From NCBI GenBank assembly GCA_044222475.1, contig JBGANF010000047.1:1-51580 (forward strand): a stretch of DNA of 51,580 nucleotides, in the 5' to 3' direction. The position numbers and the translations under genes are program-made. Position 1 is the first letter of the stretch. Every line of letters starts with the position of its first letter. The notes below the pieces were generated by a model. The model was given only the letters and a program-made list of their open reading frames with translations. It did not search any database and was not told the origin of the DNA. This DNA comes from Polyangiaceae bacterium (GTDB lineage Bacteria > Myxococcota_A > Polyangia > Polyangiales > Polyangiaceae). Below, piece after piece: positions 1 to 9,688 of this stretch.

Positions 1-1991
1 GCGCCGAGCTCGCTCCGTCGAAGCTCCACGTGACGGTCACGCAGGATCCGTCGAAGAGCCCGATCGTCGGCCACACGTCCTGCGGTGGCCCCGTGTACGC
101 GCTCTTCGACAAGGAGGCCTACCTCAAGGACACGTCGTCCCACGGTACGATCACTGCGACCGGCGACCTGTTCGGCGGGGAGATCCACCTCGAGAACGTG
201 CAGATGACGCGCCAGCAGCAAGCCGAGATCTCCGGCAAGCTCGCGCTCAAGCACTTCGCGCTCTCGGTGTTGCCCGCCATCACCGCCAGCGCAGACGGCT
301 CCGAGAGCGCGCTCGCTCGACTCGACGGCGAGATCTCCGGCGACGTCTTCCTCGACAGCGTTCGCCAGGGTGACTACGGGTCGGCGAAGGTGCGCTTCTT
401 GCCGAAGTCGCTCCTCGTCGACAAGGACGGCAAGAAGCTCCTCCTCCGCACCACGACCCAACCGATCACCGTCGGGGGTGACGTGCTGACGATCCCACCG
501 CTCGAGATGGAGCTCTCCGCCGTCGGCGGGTTCACCGGCATCATCACCATCGGCGGCGCCGTGAAGGACGTCGTCGCCGGGCCGAAGCTCGATCTCTCCG
601 CGGACTTGAAGCCGGTCGACCTCGGCATCTTGGCCGGCGTCGTTCCTCGTCTCGATCGCGCGCGCGGGACCTTCGCGGGAGGCGTCCGCATCACCGGCTC
701 GCCGTCCGATCCGACGATCGACGGCACCGTCATCGTGCGCGACGGCGAGTTCGTCGTCGCCGGACTCCCGAGCCCCATCAGCGACGTCAACATCGACCTC
801 AGCGCCGACACGTCGGAGCTCCGGATCACCCGCGGGACTGCCCACTTCGCCAGCGGCACACTCGAGCTCGGCGGGCGCGCGCCGATCCGGAACCTCGCCC
901 TCGGCGCGCTGCACGCGCAGCTCACCGCCCGCGGGCTCCGCATGGCACCGGCCGATGGAGTCTCCGCCGGCGTCGACGCCGACCTCTCCATCACGATGGA
1001 CGACGCGAGCCTCGACAAGAAGCGCCTCCCGCGCATCGCGGGCGACGTCTTGATCACGTCGTTCGACTACACGCGACCGATCAACCTCGTCAGCGATCTG
1101 AACGCGCTGGGCGGCGGAAAGTCCAAGCGCACCGAGGTCGAGGTCTACGACCCGACGCTCGACTCGGTCCTGCTCGACATCCGCGTGCGCGCCCAGAGCC
1201 CGCTCCGCATCAAGAACAACCTCATCGAGACCCAGGTCGTCATCGACTCGCAGCAGCTCACCGTGAGCGGGACGAACCAGCGCTTCGGACTCCGCGGCGA
1301 GATGCGCACCCTCACCGGCGGCCACTTCCGCCTCCCGTTCGGCAGCAACGTCTTCGACATCAAGCAGGGCGTCGTCCGCTTCGACGACCCCACGCGGATC
1401 GCCCCGAACGTCGACCTCCTCGCCGTGACCGAGTACCGGCGCAACGCCGACAGCTTCGGCGCGGGTGGCTCGTCGAGCACCCGGTCGGGCGCGAACTGGC
1501 GCATCTCGCTCCACGCGTACGGCGCCGGCGACGACCTCAAGGTCGACCTCACGAGCGAGCCGCCGCTGTCGCAAGAGGACATCGTGCTGCTCCTCACCAT
1601 CGGCATCACCCGCGCCGAGGCCGACCAGATCCAGGCGGGAAACCTCGGGGCCGGCGTGGCGCTCGAGGCGCTGTCGGCCCTCAGCGGCGCGTCGGGCGCG
1701 GTGCGATCGGCGATTCCAGTCATCGACGACTTCCGGTTCGGTAGCGCATACTCGCCGCGGACGGGCCGCACGGAGCCCAACATCACAGTGGGGAAGCGCT
1801 TGACGAAGGACGTGACCGCCAACGTGTCGACCGGGTTCTCGGAGAGCCGCGAGCTCCGCGCGAACATCCTCTGGCGACTCAGTCAGAAGGTCAGCGTGCA
1901 GGGCTCGTACGACAACATCAACAACAACGTGACCTCTTTCGGCGTGGGCAACCTCGGTCTCGACCTGCGCTTCCGCCTCGAGTTCGAGTGA
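1..1991 (+). CDS. tamB: TamB/AsmA-like translocation-assembly module protein, C-terminal part (5'-partial)
   Basis: Frame is open from the window edge. Beta-rich repeats lead to a DUF490-like C-terminus (G.v.F..P..P.vDl; LTSEPPLSQEDIVLLL; VGKRLT...LDLRFRLEFE). Adjacent to an Omp85 gene. Confidence 0.85.
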   Translation, partial: AELAPSKLHVTVTQDPSKSPIVGHTSCGGPVYALFDKEAYLKDTSSHGTITATGDLFGGEIHLENVQMTRQQQAEISGKLALKHFALSVLPAITASADGSESALARLDGEISGDVFLDSVRQGDYGSAKVRFLPKSLLVDKDGKKLLLRTTTQPITVGGDVLTIPPLEMELSAVGGFTGIITIGGAVKDVVAGPKLDLSADLKPVDLGILAGVVPRLDRARGTFAGGVRITGSPSDPTIDGTVIVRDGEFVVAGLPSPISDVNIDLSADTSELRITRGTAHFASGTLELGGRAPIRNLALGALHAQLTARGLRMAPADGVSAGVDADLSITMDDASLDKKRLPRIAGDVLITSFDYTRPINLVSDLNALGGGKSKRTEVEVYDPTLDSVLLDIRVRAQSPLRIKNNLIETQVVIDSQQLTVSGTNQRFGLRGEMRTLTGGHFRLPFGSNVFDIKQGVVRFDDPTRIAPNVDLLAVTEYRRNADSFGAGGSSSTRSGANWRISLHAYGAGDDLKVDLTSEPPLSQEDIVLLLTIGITRAEADQIQAGNLGAGVALEALSALSGASGAVRSAIPVIDDFRFGSAYSPRTGRTEPNITVGKRLTKDVTANVSTGFSESRELRANILWRLSQKVSVQGSYDNINNNVTSFGVGNLGLDLRFRLEFE

Positions 1992-4900
1992 CGCTGAGAC
2001 GATCCCCCGCGAACAGCCGAAGTTTGGCACCTCCCGCGAGAGTAGGGGAGCGCCCCGGACTGAAGTCCGGGGCAGCAACGGGCGCGTTGCCGAACCCAAC
2101 CAAAGCCCGCCCAGGAGGGCGGGCTCTCACTGAGAGAGAGCTCCGATCGAAACGCAATGAGAGCTCGCGCTCCGCGCGGGCTTTGGTCGAGTCTGGAATC
2201 GGGTCCGTTGCTGCCCCGGACTTCACCCCTTCGGGTGTCGCGAAGCGCGTCAGTCCGGGGCGCTCCCTTTCGATCTTCCTCGTCGCTCTCGTCGTCTCCT
2301 TCGTCGCGCTGGTCCCTCGCGTCGGTCACGCTGATGCTCCGCCCGTCGTCGACGTCACCGTCCTCACGCCGCCGGTTTCGCCTCCGCTCGGACAAACGGA
2401 CATCAGCCTCGAGCCACCTCCCGACCTCAGCGCGCTCGTCGGAAAGCCGATCACGTTCGCGTCGGTCGAGGTCGAAGACGACCTCTGGGAAGACACGAAG
2501 GCGCCCGTACTGTCGAAGGTGCGCGTGGGCGACGTGTTCACCCCGGCGGTCGCGCGCACTGCCCTGCTCGAGGCGATGGATAGCGGGCTCTTCGGGTGGG
2601 CGCGGGTCTCGGCCGCGCCCGACGGAGGCGGCGTCCGCGTCGTCGTCCACGCCGTCCCGCGCAAGGTCGCCGAGAGCATCTCGATCGACCTCCACGGTGC
2701 TCCAGTCGAGCGCGACGAGCTCCTGCGGGAGGCCATGCTCGAAGAGGGCGCCGAGCTCGTCGGATCCGATCTCCGCATCCGCAAGCGTCGCATCGAAGCG
2801 CTCCTCGCGCGGCGCGGCTGGCCCGATGCCGAGGTCCACGTCACGACGCGCCAGACCGACAAGGCGACCCGCGTGATCGTCCTCCTCGACATCACCGTCC
2901 ACAAGCCGCGCGAGCTCGGCCGGCGCGTCTTCTACCCTTTCGGCGCGACCCAAGAGGCGCTCCAGGTCTACCTGAACGACTACGCTCCCGGCCGCGGCGA
3001 CCGCGCCGACGAGCCCGCGATCGAGACCGCCGACGCCGCGCTCGCGGCTCGCCTCCACACCGCGGGCTGGAGCGATGCGCGCGTGACCCACGACGTCGTG
3101 CTCTCGTCCAAGGTCGTCACGCTCCGCGTACGGATCGACACCGGCTCGCTCATCGTCCCGCGCTTCGAGGGCAACGTTCACTACGACGTCGACGCGCTGG
3201 GCACCGCGCTCGGTCTCGAGGGCGACCCCGATCACTCGCCCCTCCACCTCGCGGACAAGCTGCGGAAGTTCTACGAGGCGCGCGGCTTCCTCGATGCTCG
3301 GATCACCCCCGAGCTGCGCGGGCAACCGAAGGACCCCGAGCGCTTTCTCATCCTGCACGTCGCGGAGGGTCCGCGCATCAGCGCGACGTCGCGCACGTAC
3401 CCTTGCCTCCACGAAGAAGCCATCAAGGATCTCAAAGGCGGCGGTCCGCGCACCGTCTCGGCCATCGGTCGCGAGATCGACAGCTTCCTCGAGGAGGAGC
3501 TCCCCGGCGCCGACCTCGTGCTCAACCCCGACCCACGCGGGGTCGATGCGTTGCTCACCGGCGGCGGCACTGGCGGCGCGCGGCGCATCCCGATCGACCT
3601 CGATCCCAACTTGGTATACTCGCCGGAGACGTACGCTCACGCGGTCGATCACGTGCAGGAGCTCTACCGCAACGAGGGCTTCCTCGGCGCGCTCGTCGGG
3701 CCGGTCCAGGTGCTGCGCCGCCGCTGCGATCCCCGGTCGCTCCCTGGGCAGTGCACTCCGCAAGACTTCGTCACCCCCCCGCCCGACGTGTGCACGTACG
3801 ATCCGAACGGGGCGCCGCTCGCGACCAAGCCGATCGACCCGTCGTACACCTGCGTCCCCGACCCCGACCACGGCGTGCGCTGCGAGGACCACGTCGCGAT
3901 CCGCATCCCGGTGAAGCTCGGCCCGCGCACCTTTCTGCACGATCTGGCGTTCACCGGCGCGATCTCGATCGAAGAGACGAAGCTCGCGGAGGCGGCCAAG
4001 ATCGAGCTCGGCGGGCCGGCGAACGAGGTCAAGCTCGAAGAGGCCAAGCGGCGCATCATCGACGCCTACAAGGAAGAGGGCTTCTACTACGTCGACGTGC
4101 GTACCTCGCTCGAGCGATCGCTCGACGCGACCAAGGCGCGCGTGCGCTTCGACATCAACGAGGGCGAGCGCGTCATCGTCACGCAGATCGTCATCCGCGG
4201 GAATCGCATCACCGACGAGGCCGTCATCCGCCGTCGCGTCGCGCTCGTCGTCGGCCGACCGTTCAAGACGAGCGACGCGCAGAAGACGCTCGAGCGCATC
4301 GCGACCCTCAACGTCTTCTCGAGCGTCAACGTTTCATTGCAGAACGCAAGCGTTCCGGAGAAGAACAAGGTCGTCATCGTCAACGTGATCGAGTCGACGC
4401 CGCAGTACGTCGAGCTCCGGCCCGGCTTCTCGACCGGAGAAGGCGTACGCGCCGCCTTCGAGTACGGCCACAAGAACCTCTTCGGATCGGCGACCAGCCT
4501 GGGCCTCCGCGCCCAGATGTCGTACCTGCCCGACCTCCTCATCACCGACGCGACCATCCGCGAGAACTTTGGCAAGCTCTCGCTCTCGCAGCGGCTCGCG
4601 GCTCGCATCACGGTGTCGCTCGGGCTGCCCAACGTCGGCCTCGGTCCCCTCGTCCGCGCGAGCGTCGACGCGGCGTTCCTTCGCGAGGTGAACCGCTACT
4701 TCACGATCTCGAAGGGGACCGTCGTCCCGTCGCTCTACTACCGGCCTCAGCGTCAGCTCCTCTTCACGCTCTCGGCCACCGCGGAGATCAACAACCTCTC
4801 CGTCTTCGGGAACCTGACCGCCGCGCAAGCGGGCGCGGCCAGCAACAACCTCGACGTGCAACGCTTGCTGCGCGTTCCCGACGGCCAGAGCTTCGTCGCC

Positions 4901-5581
4901 GCCCAGCGCGTCACGATGGCGTGGGATCGCCGCGACTCGAGCTTCAACGCCCACTCGGGGACGTACTTGCTGCTCGGCGTCGAGCACGTCAACGCGGTGC
5001 CGATCGGCGTCGACATCAGCGCCGACCATCCGATCGGGCACTTCTTGAAGCTCAGCCAGACCTTCAGCGGCTACATCCCGATCACCTCGAAGATCGGCCT
5101 CGCGCTGACGATGCGCCTCGGCGAGATCGTGCAGCTCACGCCCGACTCGGTCACCTACCCCGACCGCTTCTTCTTCATGGGCGGCTTCGACTCGATCCGA
5201 TCGTTCCAGACCGAGAGCATGATCCCGCAGGACGCCGTCGATCAGATCGAGAAGACCTCCGGCTTGGCCGACAACGATCCGCTGAAGATCAAACCGGAGA
5301 ACATCGCCGTTCGCGGCGGCAACCTGCTCGTGAACCCGCGCGCCGAGCTACGCATCCCGATCATCGGTCCGATCGAGACCGTGCTCTTCGTCGATACCGG
5401 CAACCTCTGGACGTCGTTCCGCTACCCGTTCGAAAACGGCATCGCGGTGCGCGTCGCCGCGGGAACCGGCATCCGAATCCAGACGCCGGTCGGCCCGCTC
5501 GCGCTCGACTACGGGTTCAACCTCACCAAGAAGTCCTACGAGGACATCGGGGCGCTGAACTTCGCGATCGGTTTGTTCTGA
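1988..5581 (+). CDS. Omp85 family (BamA/TamA-like) outer-membrane protein with multiple POTRA domains
   Basis: POTRA-type motifs (Y..EGF..v.V; I.EGER.IV.QI.IRGN.IT). C-terminal barrel with FFMGGFDSIRSF, G.GIRIQTPVGPLALDYG and a terminal F. GTG start overlaps the tamB stop (GTGA). The true start is uncertain (alternative TTG at 2183). Confidence 0.85.
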   Translation: MTLRRSPANSRSLAPPARVGERPGLKSGAATGALPNPTKARPGGRALTERELRSKRNESSRSARALVESGIGSVAAPDFTPSGVAKRVSPGRSLSIFLVALVVSFVALVPRVGHADAPPVVDVTVLTPPVSPPLGQTDISLEPPPDLSALVGKPITFASVEVEDDLWEDTKAPVLSKVRVGDVFTPAVARTALLEAMDSGLFGWARVSAAPDGGGVRVVVHAVPRKVAESISIDLHGAPVERDELLREAMLEEGAELVGSDLRIRKRRIEALLARRGWPDAEVHVTTRQTDKATRVIVLLDITVHKPRELGRRVFYPFGATQEALQVYLNDYAPGRGDRADEPAIETADAALAARLHTAGWSDARVTHDVVLSSKVVTLRVRIDTGSLIVPRFEGNVHYDVDALGTALGLEGDPDHSPLHLADKLRKFYEARGFLDARITPELRGQPKDPERFLILHVAEGPRISATSRTYPCLHEEAIKDLKGGGPRTVSAIGREIDSFLEEELPGADLVLNPDPRGVDALLTGGGTGGARRIPIDLDPNLVYSPETYAHAVDHVQELYRNEGFLGALVGPVQVLRRRCDPRSLPGQCTPQDFVTPPPDVCTYDPNGAPLATKPIDPSYTCVPDPDHGVRCEDHVAIRIPVKLGPRTFLHDLAFTGAISIEETKLAEAAKIELGGPANEVKLEEAKRRIIDAYKEEGFYYVDVRTSLERSLDATKARVRFDINEGERVIVTQIVIRGNRITDEAVIRRRVALVVGRPFKTSDAQKTLERIATLNVFSSVNVSLQNASVPEKNKVVIVNVIESTPQYVELRPGFSTGEGVRAAFEYGHKNLFGSATSLGLRAQMSYLPDLLITDATIRENFGKLSLSQRLAARITVSLGLPNVGLGPLVRASVDAAFLREVNRYFTISKGTVVPSLYYRPQRQLLFTLSATAEINNLSVFGNLTAAQAGAASNNLDVQRLLRVPDGQSFVAAQRVTMAWDRRDSSFNAHSGTYLLLGVEHVNAVPIGVDISADHPIGHFLKLSQTFSGYIPITSKIGLALTMRLGEIVQLTPDSVTYPDRFFFMGGFDSIRSFQTESMIPQDAVDQIEKTSGLADNDPLKIKPENIAVRGGNLLVNPRAELRIPIIGPIETVLFVDTGNLWTSFRYPFENGIAVRVAAGTGIRIQTPVGPLALDYGFNLTKKSYEDIGALNFAIGLF
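2046..2267. repeat. 222-bp nested palindromic (REP/MITE-like) element
   Basis: GGGAGCGCCCCGGACTGA (2046-2063) is the reverse complement of 2250-2267. TGAAGTCCGGGGCAGCAACGG (2061-2081) is the reverse complement of 2205-2225. There is also an inner pair ACCAAAGCCCGC/GCGGGCTTTGGT. Confidence 0.8.
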
Positions 5582-5594
5582 TTCGACTCGTGGG

Positions 5595-5960
5595 TCAGTT
5601 CGGCGCCGACGCCGGCTCGTGCACGCCGTTCGTCTTCTCTTTCGGCGTCTCGCGCACTCGGTAGATGCGCTTCCCAGTCGCGAGCTCGACCCACTCGACC
5701 GCGACCCACACCGGCCCGATCGCGAGGTACTTCAGGTCCTTCGTGAACGACGGCTTCTTCCCCTCGAAGTAGTGGCCCACGAACTGCAGCGTCCAACCGA
5801 CGCCGAACATCGAGAGGCCGACCGGAGGCGCGATCGGGATGACGGGTAGCGACGCCACGATCAACGGGATGCCGACCATGTGCGTCATCTTGTTGATCGG
5901 ATGCTGATGATCTTCGGCGTAGACGCGCATGTAGTCGTGGAACGTCATTTTCTCGGTCAT
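5595..5960 (-). CDS. DUF962 / Mpo1-like small membrane protein
   Basis: Y..DHQHPINK.TH.VGIP and W.LQFVGH.FEG.KPSF motifs. Confidence 0.85.
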   Translation of the reverse strand: MTEKMTFHDYMRVYAEDHQHPINKMTHMVGIPLIVASLPVIPIAPPVGLSMFGVGWTLQFVGHYFEGKKPSFTKDLKYLAIGPVWVAVEWVELATGKRIYRVRETPKEKTNGVHEPASAPN

Positions 5961-6001
5961 GATCCAACCTCGCAGCGGTGCCGAAAGGCTACCATGCGAT
6001 C

Positions 6002-6685
6002 ATGCGCCTGTCGCGCTGCGGCCTGCTCGGCGACATCCACGCGGAGGACGCTCGCCTCGCCCGCGCGATCGAGCTCTTCCGCGCGACGCCTGGCGGCGTC
6101 GACGCGATCCTCTTCGTCGGCGACGTCGTCGACGGCGAAGGCGACGTCGACGAGTGCGCGCGCCTGCTCCGCGAGCACGGCGCGATCGGCGTTCGCGGCA
6201 ACCACGAGCGGTGGCTCCTCGCCGGGACGATGCGCGACCTCCCTCACGCCCAGCGCGCCGAGTCGCTCTCGGCGGAGACGCTCGCGCTCTTCCGCGCGCT
6301 GCCGCCGACGCGCACCTTCGACACGCCGCTCGGCAACGTGCTGCTCTGCCACGGCGTCGACGACGAAGACATGGAGCGGCTGCGTCCCTCCGACGACGAG
6401 CTCACCATCCACGACAACATCCCGTTCGAGCGGCTACGCCGGCGCGGAGACGTCGCGGTCATGATGGGCGGCCACACCCACGAGCGCATGGTGCGCGACT
6501 TCGGGGACATCGTCGTCATCAACGCCGGCACGCTCGCGCGCGAGCACGACGAGGCGGGTTGCGTCGTCGTGGACTTCGATCGCGGACGCGCGACGTTTCA
6601 TCGCTTCGGAGACGACACGCTCCACGAGGACGGCAGCTACCCGATCGAAGCGGGACGCAGCTACGTCGTCCCGTCGCGCGGCTGA
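6002..6685 (+). CDS. Calcineurin-like metallophosphoesterase (YfcE-like)
   Basis: GDIH, GDVVD, RGNHE, HG and GHTH motifs. Confidence 0.9.
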   Translation: MRLSRCGLLGDIHAEDARLARAIELFRATPGGVDAILFVGDVVDGEGDVDECARLLREHGAIGVRGNHERWLLAGTMRDLPHAQRAESLSAETLALFRALPPTRTFDTPLGNVLLCHGVDDEDMERLRPSDDELTIHDNIPFERLRRRGDVAVMMGGHTHERMVRDFGDIVVINAGTLAREHDEAGCVVVDFDRGRATFHRFGDDTLHEDGSYPIEAGRSYVVPSRG

Positions 6686-6787
6686 CGAACGTGCCCGAGA
6701 ATCCACGCGGCGCGAGTTCGGCACCTCGCCGCGCAAATCTTGCGGGCAAAAAACGCCCACGCAGCCCCAATTTGGGGGTTCCCGAAC

Positions 6788-6803
6788 CGGCACGCGTCGT
6801 GCA
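6788..6803 (+). promoter_or_regulatory. Putative sigma54 (-24/-12) promoter of the cytochrome genes
   Basis: CGGCACGCGTCGTGCA has GG-N10-GC spacing. It is followed by a GGAGGAG RBS and a TTG start at 6831. Confidence 0.6.
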
Positions 6804-6830
6804 AATAGGGACCGTTTCGCGGAGGAGCCC

Positions 6831-8138
6831 TTGAAGATCAAAACTGCGGGTCTGGTGGTGTTGGTAGCGATGGCCCTCGGTGGCGCCATCGCAGCGTGCA
6901 CGGGTGCCGACGGTGCGAACGGCGCCGACGGGAAAACTGGCGCCACTGGCGCGCAAGGGCCGGCCGGCTCGGTCGGTCCGACCGGGCTGCAGGGTCCCCC
7001 AGGCGGCATGCCCGACGGCGGCCTCACCGCGTCCTGCCTCTCGCCGTGCCACGGCTTCGTCGGCATCGTCGAGCAGTGGAAGACGAGCACGCACTACGCG
7101 GCGTACGTCTCCAACATCGGCGGCGACGAGGTCCCGGTGTGGACCGGGCCGCAGGCCTGCGGCAACTGCCACGCGATCGACGCGCTCGAAGGTCGCGTCG
7201 CTGGCAAGGTCGGCTTCTCCGGCGACGCCGGCGTGACGAACCCGACCAAGGGCGAGATCAGCTACCGCAGCTCCCTGACGGGCGCCGTCGCCGACTCGAC
7301 CTACACCGGCAACGCCAAGGTCGCCGCGGTCAACTGCGTCACCTGCCACTCGGTGACCCCGCAGAACGATCCGCACCGCACCGGCGCGGTCTGGGCGCCC
7401 GGACTCTTCCCCCTCCGCACGCCGACCGGCGGCGCGGACTTCGCGCTCCTCGAGAAGAGCCCGAACACCAGCGCGGTCGTCGGGACCTCGGCCGGCCTTC
7501 GCGGCACGGCGAACGCATGCATCTGGTGCCACAAGTCGCGCAAGGACGTGACGAACTACATCGGCGTGTCGAACTCGATCACCAGCCGCAACTGGGGACC
7601 GCACGAGGGGCCGCAGGCCGAGATCTACACGGGGCTCGGCGGCTACCACTACGCCTCGAAGACCTACGGCACGTCGACTCACGAGCAGAAGCTCACCTGC
7701 GTCGACTGCCACATGGCGCCGGTCGCCGGCAACGGCAACGCGCCGAACCACTCGTTCTACGCGACGATCGGCGCGTGCACCTCGTGCCACGTCGGCGCGA
7801 CGAACTTCGACGTGAACGGCGGAGCGAGCCAGTTCAAGATCGCGATGTTCGAGCTCCAGAAGGCGCTCAACACCGCGGGCTACCTGACCCGCAGCGCGGC
7901 GTCGCCGTACGTGGCGCTCGCCGGGACCGAGCTCACCGACGGCCAGTTCGCGCTCGACAAGAGCCGGAGCCCGAACACCCTGACCGCCGATCAGGCCGGT
8001 GCACTCTACAACTACTTCCTCCTCGCCCGCGGCAGCGCGATGAGCATCCACAACCCGAAGTACGCCAAGCAGCTCCTCTTCGACTCGTACTTCGCGATCA
8101 CCGGCCTCCCGCCGACCTCGCTCGCGCGGCCGAACTGA
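6831..8138 (+). CDS. Multiheme (6-heme) c-type cytochrome lipoprotein with collagen-like stalk
   Basis: Lipobox IAAC, then 11 Gly-X-Y triplets. 5 CxxCH plus 1 CxxxCH. Helical C-terminus with HNPKYAKQLLFDS. Confidence 0.85.
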   Translation: MKIKTAGLVVLVAMALGGAIAACTGADGANGADGKTGATGAQGPAGSVGPTGLQGPPGGMPDGGLTASCLSPCHGFVGIVEQWKTSTHYAAYVSNIGGDEVPVWTGPQACGNCHAIDALEGRVAGKVGFSGDAGVTNPTKGEISYRSSLTGAVADSTYTGNAKVAAVNCVTCHSVTPQNDPHRTGAVWAPGLFPLRTPTGGADFALLEKSPNTSAVVGTSAGLRGTANACIWCHKSRKDVTNYIGVSNSITSRNWGPHEGPQAEIYTGLGGYHYASKTYGTSTHEQKLTCVDCHMAPVAGNGNAPNHSFYATIGACTSCHVGATNFDVNGGASQFKIAMFELQKALNTAGYLTRSAASPYVALAGTELTDGQFALDKSRSPNTLTADQAGALYNYFLLARGSAMSIHNPKYAKQLLFDSYFAITGLPPTSLARPN

Positions 8139-8139
8139 C

Positions 8140-9687
8140 GTGACGTCGAGACGGGCACGGGTCGCCGTCGCGCTCTTCGGAGTGACGACGGCGCTCGTGT
8201 CTTCGACGTGCAGCAGCCAACGCGAAGGCGCTCCGCTCTCGCCGGTGTACCGTGACGACGTCGCGACCATCCTCGACGCGCGCTGCGCCGCGTGTCACAC
8301 GGGGTCGTCGCCCGCCGGCGGTTGGTCGAGCAAGGGGTTCTTCGGAGCGATCGGCTGCAACGCCGCGAACGAGCCCGCGACCGTACCGCCCGACGCGCGC
8401 GCACCGATCGTGCGGGCGCTCCAGAGCGCGACGCACGCGACGGTGGGCACCGCCGACGAGCGCGCCCGCGTCGTCGCCTGGGTCTCCGCCGGAGCGCCCG
8501 CGTTTCGGGGAACGGTGCACGCGCCGAGCTTCGTCGACCCGCGCTCGGACGCGCGCCACGGGGCGTTCCTGCGGGCGCGCGGCTGGGCACCGATGCTCGA
8601 CGGCACGCGCGACGACGCGTGCGGCCGATGCCACGAGGGCGCGCCCGCTCGACCGACCGGGGTGACGCGATCCGCCCCAGGGGCGACGAGCTGCACGAGC
8701 TGTCACGCCGGGCCGAAGGGCCCGCTCGAGTGCAGCACCTGCCACGCCACCGGCGGGACGCCGGCGTTTCCGCACACGACGTGCTTCTTCCCGACCGGTC
8801 CCGGCCGCGGCGGCGCCCACGCAGCGCACACCGCGCCGTCGGCGGCGCGCAGCGAGGGCATCCCCTGCTCGACGTGCCACCCCACGCCCGGTCCCGAGGT
8901 CCTCGGCGGATCGCACGCGACCGGCGCCGTCGAGGTCGTCTTCGACCTGAACGCCATCGGCGGCGAGGCCAGCTACGACCGCACGACCGGCGCGTGTGCG
9001 GTCTCGTGCCACAACCGCGGAGGCGCGCGGCCGAAGCCGGTGTGGACCGACACCACGCCGATGAAGTGCGGCGACTGCCACACCGCGCCGCCCCAAGCGC
9101 ACTACGTCGGCAAGTGCAGCTCGTGCCACGCCAACACCGACGCCACCGGCACGACGATCGGCGGGTCGCTCCACGTGAACGGCAAGGCCGACTTCGGTGA
9201 CGGCAGCGGCGCGTGCGGCGCGTGTCACGGCAAGGGCGTCGATCCCTGGCCGAGCACCGGAGCTCACCCGCGCCACGCGGGACCGCAGTCGACGGTCCCG
9301 GTCGACTGCAGCGACTGCCACGTGGTCCCGCAGACGATCTTCGCCGGAGGCGGTCACATGGATGGCGTCGCCAAGGTCACCTTCGCCGGGCGCGCGAAGA
9401 GCCGCGGCGCGGTACCGATTTGGGACGGCACCAGCTGCAAGGACGCCGCCTGTCACGGCGGGGCGCTGCTGAACGTGCCGCCGGTCGTCCCCTCGTGGAG
9501 CGGTGGCGCGGCGGGCGGCAAGTGCGGCGACTGCCACGGCACGCCGCCGCCGTTTCAGCACACGACGTCGCTGCAGTGCGAGCGAAGCGAATGCCACGGC
9601 GGCGAGGTGGAGAGAGGCGTCAACCTCGAGCCGCTGATCTCGCTGACCGGACGCAAGCTCCACATCGACGGAACGCTGCAACCGTGA
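8140..9687 (+). CDS. CxxxxCH/CxxCH-domain multiheme cytochrome c (about 13 hemes)
   Basis: Signal peptide or possible lipobox. 10 CxxCH plus CAVSCH, CKDAACH and CERSECH. Repeated H.dG...V / CxxxxCH...P.W...CgxCH units like Geobacter-type GSu_C4xC__C2xCH repeats. Confidence 0.85.
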   Translation: MTSRRARVAVALFGVTTALVSSTCSSQREGAPLSPVYRDDVATILDARCAACHTGSSPAGGWSSKGFFGAIGCNAANEPATVPPDARAPIVRALQSATHATVGTADERARVVAWVSAGAPAFRGTVHAPSFVDPRSDARHGAFLRARGWAPMLDGTRDDACGRCHEGAPARPTGVTRSAPGATSCTSCHAGPKGPLECSTCHATGGTPAFPHTTCFFPTGPGRGGAHAAHTAPSAARSEGIPCSTCHPTPGPEVLGGSHATGAVEVVFDLNAIGGEASYDRTTGACAVSCHNRGGARPKPVWTDTTPMKCGDCHTAPPQAHYVGKCSSCHANTDATGTTIGGSLHVNGKADFGDGSGACGACHGKGVDPWPSTGAHPRHAGPQSTVPVDCSDCHVVPQTIFAGGGHMDGVAKVTFAGRAKSRGAVPIWDGTSCKDAACHGGALLNVPPVVPSWSGGAAGGKCGDCHGTPPPFQHTTSLQCERSECHGGEVERGVNLEPLISLTGRKLHIDGTLQP

Positions 9688-9688
9688 G

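Noticed and set aside
2596..5664. Long alternative-frame ORFs (also 1883-3940, 18164-20290, 31427-33667, 45597-48092)
   Set aside because: Arg/Ala/Pro-rich shadow frames expected in high-GC DNA, overlapping well-supported genes.
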